DNA from: Bugula neritina
Taxonomy: Eukaryota > Animalia > Bryozoa
Direction: 5' to 3'
Assembly (NCBI GenBank): GCA_964035545.1
Contig: OZ037767.1
Location: 16,985,781 to 17,049,780 of the forward strand
Length of the DNA: 64,000 bases
Of the stretch, positions 46,925 to 58,900 are shown piece after piece; the stretch's first letter is position 1, and every line of letters begins with the position of its first letter. The notes under the pieces are model-generated. The model saw only the letters and a program-made list of their open reading frames with translations. It ran no database searches and was not told where the DNA came from. A program made the position numbers and the translations under genes.

Positions 46925-49727
46925 TCCAATCGTTAGCTCGAACAAACTTGTACTGAGTGACTGCGACTGATACAGCTGAATTAATAACAGGTTCCTGATT
47001 AGCTCGACGCGATGCGATGGGCTGCAGAAGGCAAGTTTCGAGTATACTGTAAATCTTCTACGTAACCCAATGTTTGGCTAAAGTTGGTGAAAACTGTCAA
47101 TATTTTATTGATTATTTTAAACTGAATAATAAATTATTACTCAACTGCTTTCAAGTATTATTTACTACTTATTTTTAAAACATATTATTTGCTCAAAAGT
47201 TTTAAATCAATTTTTTTCATGGGAAAAGAATGGGACTGATGAACAAAAATTTTGCCCTACATGAATAATTTGTTTAAAAAATATCAACTTACATTAACAG
47301 ATGCATATAAAAATTAATTTTTTTGCATAATAGATAGGGTCAAAGGCATACAAGCAATCGAATAGCTACGTGCACCAGTTGGAAAGTGAAGTTATATGGA
47401 TATGGTACCCGGCTCATAGTAGAGGTGTTACAGTGGTATGCAGTGCTATTTGAATTTACGTAGATGGGTTGTAGATATTAGCAGCGTGTGCATGATATTT
47501 GGCACTGAGTGATAACTAATCCGCCATGTGAACGTCACCATATTGTTCTCACTCACAATGATTATTTCACCAGGCTCATCTTCTGTCTCATTCAGCTAGC
47601 AAACTTTCCATCTCGAATCATCACAAGACAGATGAAAAACAGTTTCTATTACAATTCGGGGAAGTTTATTATCATAATTCGGGAAGTTTTTGACTCAATA
47701 ACTATGAGCAATTTTACTTCTAAAATGATGGTGTTGATTTGTCCACAAATTACTTGCATTGACACGATGGTAGAAAGTTAGATAAGTATATAGCTTGAAT
47801 ATCAACACACTACGGGTCCCTAAAATTAGTACAAGTACAATATTATGCTGTTTTTTTTATCTAAATTGGAAACATATTATGTTGTTTTGCCCTTCTTTAC
47901 TCACACTTTAGGTATATTTGTGAGCGTGCAAAAGCTCAGAAGGCAGCTTATTTATGTTAACACAACTCCCAAAACAAAGAACTCAACTGTTCAATTATCC
48001 ATTTTTTATTTTTAAATGCAGAGAAGATGTTTGCCATATAATGAAGTAACAGCTCACTAGTGCATATTATTTACCTCATTTATTACCACTCTACCCTGTG
48101 AATGACCCATAAATCTGTCTGTCTGTGTGTCTGTACACTAAACACTTGATATTATTGTGTTATGGGTTTTGGTTGTTAGTATGAAGTTTATTGAATCTAT
48201 AAATGTGTGCATGCACTAAACACATGGTGTGCAGTTATAGTAACAGACTATAACTACATTGTGAAAGAGCTGAAGGGAATAATCAACAAGAAAGTGTAGC
48301 TAATGCAACATATCTGCCCCCAACGTAGTGTATTTATCTCTTGAAGGTGTGTAGCAGTGCATGTTGTAATCAGTGTTTGGTTCTAAGGCTAAAGAAGGTC
48401 ATGACACTAAAGCTATATAAACCTCACAACAACAACAGTTGGTTATAATATTCCCCTTATCTGCTGCACTTATTCCAATACAATAGAGATATGAGGTAAT
48501 TCTTATATACAATCCACTCTGTTTACAATATCAACTGTTCTATGAAAAACTTACCCATTTTATCTCTTCTTATGTAATAAATAGATTATTTATTTGTATA
48601 ATAGAATGAACAATACGGCTATATAAATAAATTGTTTTTGTTTGTTTTTACTTCTAAAGCACTGGAGTCAGCTGATAGATAGCATATAATTATAGCCTAC
48701 GCTGTAGAATAGTATCTATAACTTGATCCTACCAGTATTCTACACACATAAGAAGTTATCTTCTCTTGAAGTTATAGCTATGAAATGAATAGTTATTATA
48801 TAATCTAGAGCTGATGAGTGGAACTTGGGTTAACTAATAAGCAGCGATTGGCTTAGCATGTTCCAATCATGCATTCAGTTGCTTCTGTGAAACAATGTCA
48901 TTAATTTGATAATTGGCCCAAATCTGATAACATGAAAAGAATATATTAAATCTATACTTTTTATGGTCAGAAGTTGTATTGGAAGACAAATTCCATGTTT
49001 ATGAAAATTTCCAGCAATATATCGTCAAATATCAACAGCATTGCATAGTTTATGCTACAACATGCACTTCTGACGTCATTATTCCCTTTCTCTATAGCGG
49101 AGAAGTTTCTACACATGAGGTGGAGTATTACAGAATTCAAAGTCGAACTGGACTTCAGTTAACTGCACACAATAGACTGGGCACCTACTAGTGCAGATAA
49201 TAGACTGGGCACCTACTAGTGCAGATAATAGACTGGGCATCTATATATACTAACATTTATTTGACATGATAGAAAACAGACGAGTTAAAACTTCTCTGAT
49301 TGGCTGCATTTTATTAACTTTACTAACTGACCAAATAAAAAGCCGTTTTATTTACAGAGTTTGAAAAAAACTTCTGAATTTAATTTACAACTAGAAATAA
49401 ATAAATAAATAGACAGCAAACACTGAGATATTTATGAGATTGCGATGCAAAAGATAAAAATACAGCTAAACTAGCCAAAACCTAAAAACTAACGTCACAA
49501 CTTCTACTCCACTATGAATAAACTTTATTTCAAGAATAGCATAACTAAAGTTAGTTTGACTATCTGTACAGTATGTGTTCTCTAGTGATGACTATACTAT
49601 ACTATAATATATGTCTCTAACAGAAATGTACAACAGTATGACAAATAAGTGTGATTATTTGGTGGGCGAATTAAAATAAAAATGAGTATTTCATAGTCAC
49701 ATAAGTGTTTGTTCTTAATTATTGGCA

Positions 49728-49959
49728 ACTGTTAGTTACTACTAGTACACAGTGACTGTTACTGCTAGTACACAGTGACTGTTAGTTACTGCTAGTACAC
49801 AGTGACTGTTAGTTACTGCTAGCACACAGTGACTGTTACTACTAGTGCACAGTGACTGTTAGTTACTAATATAATACACAGTGAATATTATTTTCTGCTA
49901 GTACACAGTCACAGTTACTGCTAGTACACAGTCAGAGTTAGTTACTGCTAGTACACAGA
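49728..49959. repeat. 23/27-bp tandem repeat whose first unit contains the PTK7 stop codon
   Basis: About 9 units of ACTGTTAGTTACTGCTAGTACACAGTG; the unit at 49937-49959 encodes CTSSN-stop on the minus strand. Confidence 0.88.
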
Positions 49960-52900
49960 GTTAATATTTGACTAAAGTCAGGTCTGTCCTTCAAGCAGGA
50001 CGACCAACACTGATAGGCTATAGACTGCATTTCTTGAGGGATACAGTCCCCGGTGATGGGTTGTAGGTCTCCCTTCTCGTACCCCCTCAACACCTGCTCA
50101 TTGGTCAACTCGGAGTACGGGATATTCCCGCCACTGAACACCTCAAACACGAAACAACCGAAGCTCCAGACATCTGACTTCGTAGAGTAATCATCCTCGA
50201 GCCACGCTTCTGGCGCGGTCCACCTTAGAGGGACCAGTAGGCCGGCCTTGTTCTGCACGTACTCGCTGGCGTAGATGTCCTTAGATAGACCGAGACTCGA
50301 CACTTTGATGTTGAGGTTCGGCTCTATCAGCACGTTGCGAGACGCCAAGTCTTTATGGATGAATCTTCTGCTGGCCAAATAGTTCATGGCAGTAGCAACC
50401 TGCAGCGGAAAGGGGCAAGTAGAAACGGACGTAGCAGTGAATTACAATAGCAATCTGCAGCAGACATCTGATAACCTCCTACCTGGTGACATATGGCCAG
50501 CTTCTGAGCTGTTGTAGGTGGGTCTATCGTTAGTTCCTGCCCACCATTACTGTTACTAGTAGCCAATAGAAATTGCTTCAGATCTCCCTGAATAACAACC
50601 AATGAGCATCAAGGTATCAGTTCATTGACCAATGAACATCAAGCTGACAAAACAATGCAGCAAAAAATTTGAAACAAGAAGCTTTATTTTGTTAATTTGC
50701 ATATTACAGAGATGTCAGAGTAGCAGCTTGAGCACAGCACGTACCCGACTATCCTTTACAGCGTCACTCACCCACTCGCAGTACTCTAGTACCATGTAGA
50801 TGGGATCCATCTCCCGGCACACCGCCAGCAGTCTGGATATCCTGATGTGTCTCAGCTTGTGGTACATCTCCATCTCATACTTGAACTCTGCCCTCACCGC
50901 GTCGTCTCTGCTCGTCAGACGCTTCACACACACCAGCTCCGTCTCGCTGTCGGCAGCAGGGGGGTTGCTCAGTCCGGCAGCCTTCGCCAGGAACACGTCT
51001 CCATACATTCCATTACCGAGGACTCCAATGTTGACGAGCTTAGACCTGTCATACTTCACCATACTGGCTGAGCCCTTAGACACAGAGCTGTCTGCACTCT
51101 CATAGCCCCGAATACGGGGCGTAGTGGTAGGGCCCCGACTTCCAGCATAGCCATTGTGCAGTTGCTGTTCGTGAGATATATACTGGTTTGGGGTGGAGGA
51201 GAGAGAAGCAGCTGCTGCAGTAGTAGAGTCAGCGGTAGTAGACATCAGCCTCTCCGTCTCGTGGGATGCCATCTCTTCGTTCATTGGATGCATTTGTAAA
51301 TTACCTGCATGAGTAGTACAGTTTAGTTATCACTCTATACTGTGTGCTCACTCAACTCTACACTCTATACTGTGTGTTCACTCAACTCTACACTCTACAC
51401 TGTGTGTTCACTCAACTGTGTCACTATTTAGCCCGAGTTCCTCACCTTTCTTATGAACACGGTGACGCCTCTTTCTCCTCACCCTCCTCAGGCTGCAGTA
51501 AGCTATCAGCACGATGACGAGAATAAGGTAGGCAACTGACGCTGACACTGCTATGACTATCGTCTTAGTCATGCCGATGCCGGCTCTGTCACCAACATCC
51601 GGGTATTCCACTGGCGAGGTGCCGTTTCTAGCGTCGGCTAAACCAGCACCATATTGAAGATAAGATGTACATTACATGGGTAATCAGTGATCTCTTATTC
51701 ACATTATATTACAATAAACAGAGGTCAATGGTACTTACCAGAGATGACGACTCCAATCTCCACGCGGTTAAGTCCTCGTATATTACCCACAACGCACCTG
51801 TATATCCCCTGATCACTCTTTACTGCTGAGCCAATGAGGAGAGAGCTGTTGGGAAGTTGCTACAAACACACCAGAGTTAGTAATTGATTACAAATATGGG
51901 TCAAGGAATATAGAAATATCGAAAACTTGACTCAATTTTTCAAGAAAGACAACTCCAAATTTACTAAAAACTCTTGAATGGTAGAGAATGACTATAGGCG
52001 AGTATTTAACAAAATTAATTAATGCCAATGTTAGTTTATACACTAGCCTAGCCCTAGACCCTAACATAGCCCTAGGACTTGGTACATACTTACATAGATA
52101 CGGGATGCAGAGCTGTTAGCCTCAAATATAGCCCCATCTTTGTCCCAGGTGACGTGCGGGGCGGGATCTCCAGCAGCCTCACAGTGCAGCATAGCCGAGT
52201 CTCCAGTAGCTATAGTCTGGTTCTTAGAGCTGTAGGAGATGGTGGGGCTCACCCCCACACTGATGGAGATGGTGGTGTTGATGGAACTGGGGCCATACAG
52301 AGAGTAGAGAGTAGAGTCAGGTACTGAGGCTACACACATGTACTGTCCAACAGCTGAGTTCTGCACGTTGGTGAAGGTGAGGGTACCTGTTGTGTGAGAA
52401 TAATCTACCTGTATATTCTACCTGTGTATTCTACCTATGTATTCTACCTGTGCATTCTACCTGTGTATTCTACCTGTGTATTCTACCTATGTATTCTATA
52501 TATTTTAGTAATGTAAGTATCAGATAAGTTCTGAATGTTGAGAGAATAACCAGCGATTAGCCAATGCTTTTAACACGCAGACACACAGACAGAGTAGAGG
52601 ACACACAGACAGACCTGAATTGCTGGAGACTCCATCAGGGTAGGAATCCCTCACTAAGTTGTTGACCACGTGGTGCCAGGAAACAGAGGGCGTGTCTTGG
52701 GCGACAGCGTGGCATCTTATAGATTGGGTAGATCCTCTCTCAAACACCATGCTTCTGGGTGGAGGGTAAAACCGGAGAAGTTCTGCAAAGAGCACATAAC
52801 TGAGGTGTGCTGACACTTACTGAGGTACGCTGACACAGAGCTGGAGTATGCTGACACTTACTGTGGTATGCTGACACTTACTGTAGCATGCTGACACTTA

Positions 52901-55900
52901 CTGTGGTATGCTGACACTTACTGAGGTATACTGACACTTACTGTGGTATACTGACACTTACTGTGGTGTGCTGACACTTACTGTGGACACTGAGATATGC
53001 TGCCACAGAGCTGACAGAGGGCTGCTGCTGTGTGTAGACAGTGCAGGAGTAGAATCCTTCCATTGAAGACTTGACTTTGAGTATAGTGAGTGTCCCAGAT
53101 GTGTGATCTACTGCAATCTCCTGTCCTCTAATCATGTTGTACTGTATGATAAATCATATCATTATATAGTATATCATATAATTATATAGTATATCGTATC
53201 ATTATATAGTATATCATATCATTATATAGTATATCATATCACTATATAGTATATCATATTATTATATAGTATATCATATCGTTATATAGTATATCGTATC
53301 ATTATATAGTATATCGTATCATTATATAGTATATCATATCAGTATATAGTATATCATATCATTATATAGTATATCATATCATTATATAGTATATCATATC
53401 ATTATATAGTATATCATATCATTATATAGTATATCATATCATTGTATAGTATATCATATCACTATATAGTATATCATATCACTATATAGTGATATGATAT
53501 ACTATATAGTATATCATATCACTATATAGTATATCATATTATTATATAGTATATCATATCATTATACAGTATATCGTATCATTATATAGTATATCGTATC
53601 ATTATATAGTATATCATATCATTATAGAGTATATCCTATCATTATATAGTATATCATATCATTATATAGTAGAGTTTTCTTACCTTCTGGTGAAGTGGCT
53701 GTCCATTGAATAGCCAAGTAACGTTAGTCCAGGGAGGTTTAGACCCAGTGTATTCACAGGGGAGCTGCACCAGCCTCTCCTCCCTAGCTGTCGTGTTTAC
53801 AGGACCACGGGTTATCTGCGGAGTTTCTACATAACCAACAACATGATGTCTAACTATAACCTAACCTCAACCTCTAACTTAACCTCGACATCTAGATAAA
53901 AACCAATGAGATCTAACTACAAACCAATGAGATCTAGACTCACCCGTCACGGCTATCTCAACAGAAAGCTCTCTCGAGCCGACCATGTTCTCAGCTACAC
54001 AAGTATAGTTGTTGGCGTGTTCACTGTGGGCCTCTTCTATCACCAGCTTAGTACCCTCCAGGATGTTGAGGTGAGGGCCATTCTGTACGGGTATCCTCGG
54101 GGATCTGTACAACCACCTGCGCCAACAACACACTGTGTAGTCATGTCATATTCTGACAGCACCTGACATACACTGACAGCACCTGACATACACTGACAGC
54201 ACCTGACATACTCTGATAGCACCTGACATACTCTGACAGCACCTGACATACACTGACAGTACCTGACATACACTGACACACACTGACAGCACCTGACATA
54301 CTCTGACAGCACCTGAGATACTCTGACAGCATCTGACATACTCTGACAGCATCTGACATACACTGACAGCACCTGACATACTATGACAGCACCTGACATA
54401 CTCTGACAGCACCTGACATACTCTGACAGCACCTGACATACACTGACAGCACCTGACATACTATGACAGCACCTGACATACCCTGACAGTACCTGACAGC
54501 ACCTGACATACTCTGACAGCACCTGACATACTATGACAGCGCCTCATGCTGGTTTAAAACAAAAGTTACCTCACAGAGGGTGTTGGAACCCCTTGCGGTC
54601 TCACACAGTCTATTTCTAGCCTTTGACCTTGAGCTATAACCGTAGGCCGGGTGATGCTAACTGCGGGGACGAGATTCTCTTTATTGAACCTCCCCAAACC
54701 TGAAGAGACACAAGTCAATAGAACCCAGGCTACACAACTGACTAGTGAATCAACTCAACATATACAGGCATCATTCATTCTAATAGCCTAATAACTGATA
54801 CTCCAACTCTGTGTGTTGTGGGAGGTACCCCCAGAGCCCTAGTATGTTAGTATATACTGGGTGATAGACTTACGGGCCATCTTCAGCTCCGCAGTAAATG
54901 ATTGAACGCTGCCGTCAGCCCCAACTCCCTGACACACGTACGTCCTTTCATCTGACTTCTTCACAGACTTGATGTACAGCGTACCATTTGGGTAGACAAC
55001 GGACCTGGGAAGTATTACTGTATACTAGAAGTATATTACCTGGTATTACTATATTACTAGAAGTATATTACCTGGTATTACTGTATACTAGAAGTATATT
55101 ACCTGGTATTACTATATACTAGAAGTATATTACCTGGTATTACTAGAAGTATATTACCTGGTATTACTATATACTAGAAGTATATTACCTGGTATTACTA
55201 GAAGTATATTACCTGGTATTACTGTATACTAGAAGTATATTACCTGGTATTACTGTACACTAGAAGTATATTACCTGGTACTATTACATACTAGAAGTAT
55301 ATTACCTGGTATTACTGTACACTAGAAGTATATTACCTGGTATTACTAGAAGTATATTACCTGGTATTACTAGAAGTATATTACCTGGTATTACTGTATA
55401 CTAGAAGTATATTACCTGGTACTATTGTATACAGGAAGCAGACTACTGACTCCCTTCACCCAGCTGATGGACTCGGCGTTGACGAACATGCAGTGTAACC
55501 AGACATCTCTGCCAGGCAGAGTGACCGTAGTCTTGCTGAACAGACTGTCACTCAGATATGGCAGGTTTGGCTCTGTAAAACATAGAGCACCTGTCAACCC
55601 TGCCAGCTATGGTAGCAAAACATTAACTATGGAGTTAAGGTGTGTGTAGAGACAAAGTGAAGTGAAATGTCATTGGTGATAGTTCTGCTGGTGTGTCAAA
55701 GTGTCACTATAGTGCAAGTACCTGCTTATCTGTCAGGGTAGTAGCCTACTATAGAACAAGTACCTGCTGATGAGTAAGGGCACATGCACCTACTTGCAAC
55801 ATGAATCAAGTACTCACCCAAAATGTCAGATATTTTTATCACAGGACAGTAGCTGTTTGTTGAGCAAGCTGTATTTGAAGACCAAACAGTTTTTAGTGAG

Positions 55901-58900
55901 AAATAAAGAAATAGAAATATCCGCATACTAAAAGTGTAACTTAATTCCAAATGTGACTATGTTATAAACTTTAGAGGAAAGCAAGTAACCCCAGGAAAGC
56001 TAATTGAGATAAATAAATATATGCTAACTGAAAGGACCATGATTACTGTGATTTCACTGTGATTAAGGAGCAGGGGATATTGATTATAAGTTATGTTAAA
56101 GTGTGTAGAGGAAGGCAGAGTAGCTGTAAACTAAGATTGTAGTTAGCATGACATTCAGAGATCAAAGTAATTAGACTAGACATCAAATACAGAGCTTAAC
56201 TGTCTCCACATCGCAGTGAATAATCCAAGGTCGCTTAGTTAACAGGGACATTCATTTAGTTAACAGAGGCACACTTGATCAGCTTTAATAGCAAATGCTT
56301 GGAATAGAAAGAAAGCTAGGTTTGTGAATGCCCTGTTTCAGCTCAGCGTATTCTATTAAAGAGTTGTTCAGAGGAGAGATAACTCTGTACCATCAGTTTA
56401 AATGGTAATATTGAATATGGTGACAGTACAGAGAGTGAAAAATTTAATTTGGTTTGATTCAGTATAATGAATTTTAATGCAGTATATAGTGGGGGTGCCA
56501 ACATGCAAAAATGGGCGGGTGGAGCACATCAATACTAACCTTTGTTGCTATATATCACTGCAAAGCTAACATTCTACTGATCTCAGATCTGCGAGTACCT
56601 TTTTTGTATCTGGGGGGGTTCTCTCGTGAGAGGGGTGGATATACAGGGGTTCAGCATTTTTCAAGGGGGGACTATGGAACTCTAAATATTTAATTTTCTG
56701 AGTAGTTTAAGTTTGACATTAAAAATATTTTCAAGGAATGTTGTACACATATGAAACTTTCTCTAACAAAAGTTTTGACCAAAAATAAAAAAGTGGGCGG
56801 AGCCTATAATATGACAAACTACTTTTTTGCATATACCGGATATTCTCTAAACTGCTACTTTTCTGTTCTAGCATTTAGAATGTTGATTTTTGGTATGAAA
56901 ACACTCTATTGTGTTCTAATAATGCTCCCCAGTTTTCATTACATTCTGAACTATATAACTTCTTTCCCAACCATAACAAATAAAAAACATAAAACGGGAG
57001 TTATCTCCTCCGTTATAAATTATTGCATTTCTACCCAATAATATTGCTCTTTGCTGATAGGAACAACATCAGCATGATAAAAATGTATTCTTAGTGTATT
57101 TATATTAGCTTATTGACTTATTTTGAATAACTGATTACAATCAATACTATTAATATTCAATATTTACTGTATAAATTGAGTGTCAGCAATAATTAACAGA
57201 CCACTAATATTCCATTTTTTATCCATAAGTATAGTAACATAAAATATGGTTCATAAAAAAGTAATATTATGATTTCAGCATCACAAGCAATTACTATGCT
57301 CTTTTATATCAGATATTGGTAGACATTTTAATTTTATTTATTTATAAATAAGATGGTATTTAAATTTTAATTTACAATAGATCAAGCTTTATTACAAAGT
57401 TTTGTTATCTCTAGCGCTTATATACCAAATTAAATATATTATAATTCTTCATCAGAACTGTGTTTGTTGCCATCATCATCATAATCAGGCTCTTTGTTTG
57501 AAAAAGAAGACTGGCCACTTTTGTTGTTGCAATCGAAACATTCACATAAACCACAGCATTTCATCATCAGGCGCTTGCATTTGCATGCTTTACTCTTGCA
57601 GCTTGCTTTTTTGTATTTACATGCTGTTAAAATCACATCTGCATTGCTCTCAAAATCATATTTTATTGGAGTCAAGCTAGTGTCCCAACCATGGTCAAAA
57701 ATTGGCTGATGAAGTAAAATAGGTGTTAAAGCAAGTTGCCAAAGTGTAACTTGATAGTTGGCTCGTTTCACGTGATATTCTAAGGAATTCCTGCTAGGTG
57801 GTAGCTGTGCTTCACTGGAGACATTTTTTAAAGCCAATATTTTATATCTTCCTTCAGTGATATCATCATAGGCACCATATAGGTTGGAGACAAATCGTTC
57901 ACACTCTAAGTATGTTTCATCTGATAATGGGGACCAATCATCAGAACCTAAAGACAGATTATAGCGTCCCTTTTCAAGTACCTCCAAAGCACGCTTTTTA
58001 GATATTCGGAAGATAGAACTTACTGAATCCCAACCTGTAAGTGCATGGAGTGATAACAGATTCTTGAGAACTTTTTGTGGAATTTTTTTGGCTAATTCAG
58101 AAAGAGATATATATCTTCTGTGACTCCATATTCCAACAAAGATTACTACATCTTTATTAGCCTGCTCAGTTAAAACATTACTAAAATGATGTTAGGCGCA
58201 ATAATAGCAACATCGGTATCTACTGATCTTATTACTACCAAATCGTAATCACTCAGTGCATTAGCTGCGTGAAGGATTGGTCTGCTTCATCATGATTGGA
58301 TTTCAATTTGTTACAATTGTAACGATAATGGTTTTGCAGAACACAGACTTCTTTGGCACTACACACTAAAAATGTACCAGCTGGAATTTTCTCAATATGT
58401 CTACTCTACACCTTCACTATGTAATCTATACCAACTCATTTTTGTTGTGAATATTGCTCAGAAAAGCACTCCAGTTTTTAGGAACAGGCACGTTGTCATG
58501 AATAATGGAAATAGAGCACATCTGTTGGGCACCCCGTCTAATACGCTCTTGTGTTTTAATTGATGTTTCAGAATACACGTCAAACACTACATCAACCCTT
58601 GTATATCCTTTGCCACATTCAAGAAATACTTCCAACATCTTCAGAGCGTAGTTATAAAAAGTGCCTGATGTTTTTGTCGAGTGAAGTATGCACATACCGT
58701 CAATAATGACCGATTTGTTGGTGGACAGTTGACTATCATCATTGGAGACCCTGTTTCCAAGATATTTCTCTTCCAAAATATGCATTAGTTGCGATATGCA
58801 TATTTTTCTCATCTGTCCGTTTTCAGTAAATAGAGCAAGAGGAATGAGACCAATTTCTTTCTCTAGAACTGTATGCAAATCTACTTCTCGGCTTTTGGCG

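Noticed and set aside
49938-51293. Active receptor tyrosine kinase, or a pseudogene because DFG is missing
   Set aside because: SLG for DFG and HKD are normal for PTK7-family pseudokinases, and the reading frame is intact.
54040-54522. Cys-rich ORFs (VRCCQSMSGA repeats)
   Set aside because: Translation of the 20-bp intronic minisatellite; the PTK7 exons splice around it.
56751-57041. Identical 96-aa ORF pair (56751+ and 61093-) as a duplicated gene
   Set aside because: A consequence of the inverted arms of the transposon; no recognisable protein features.
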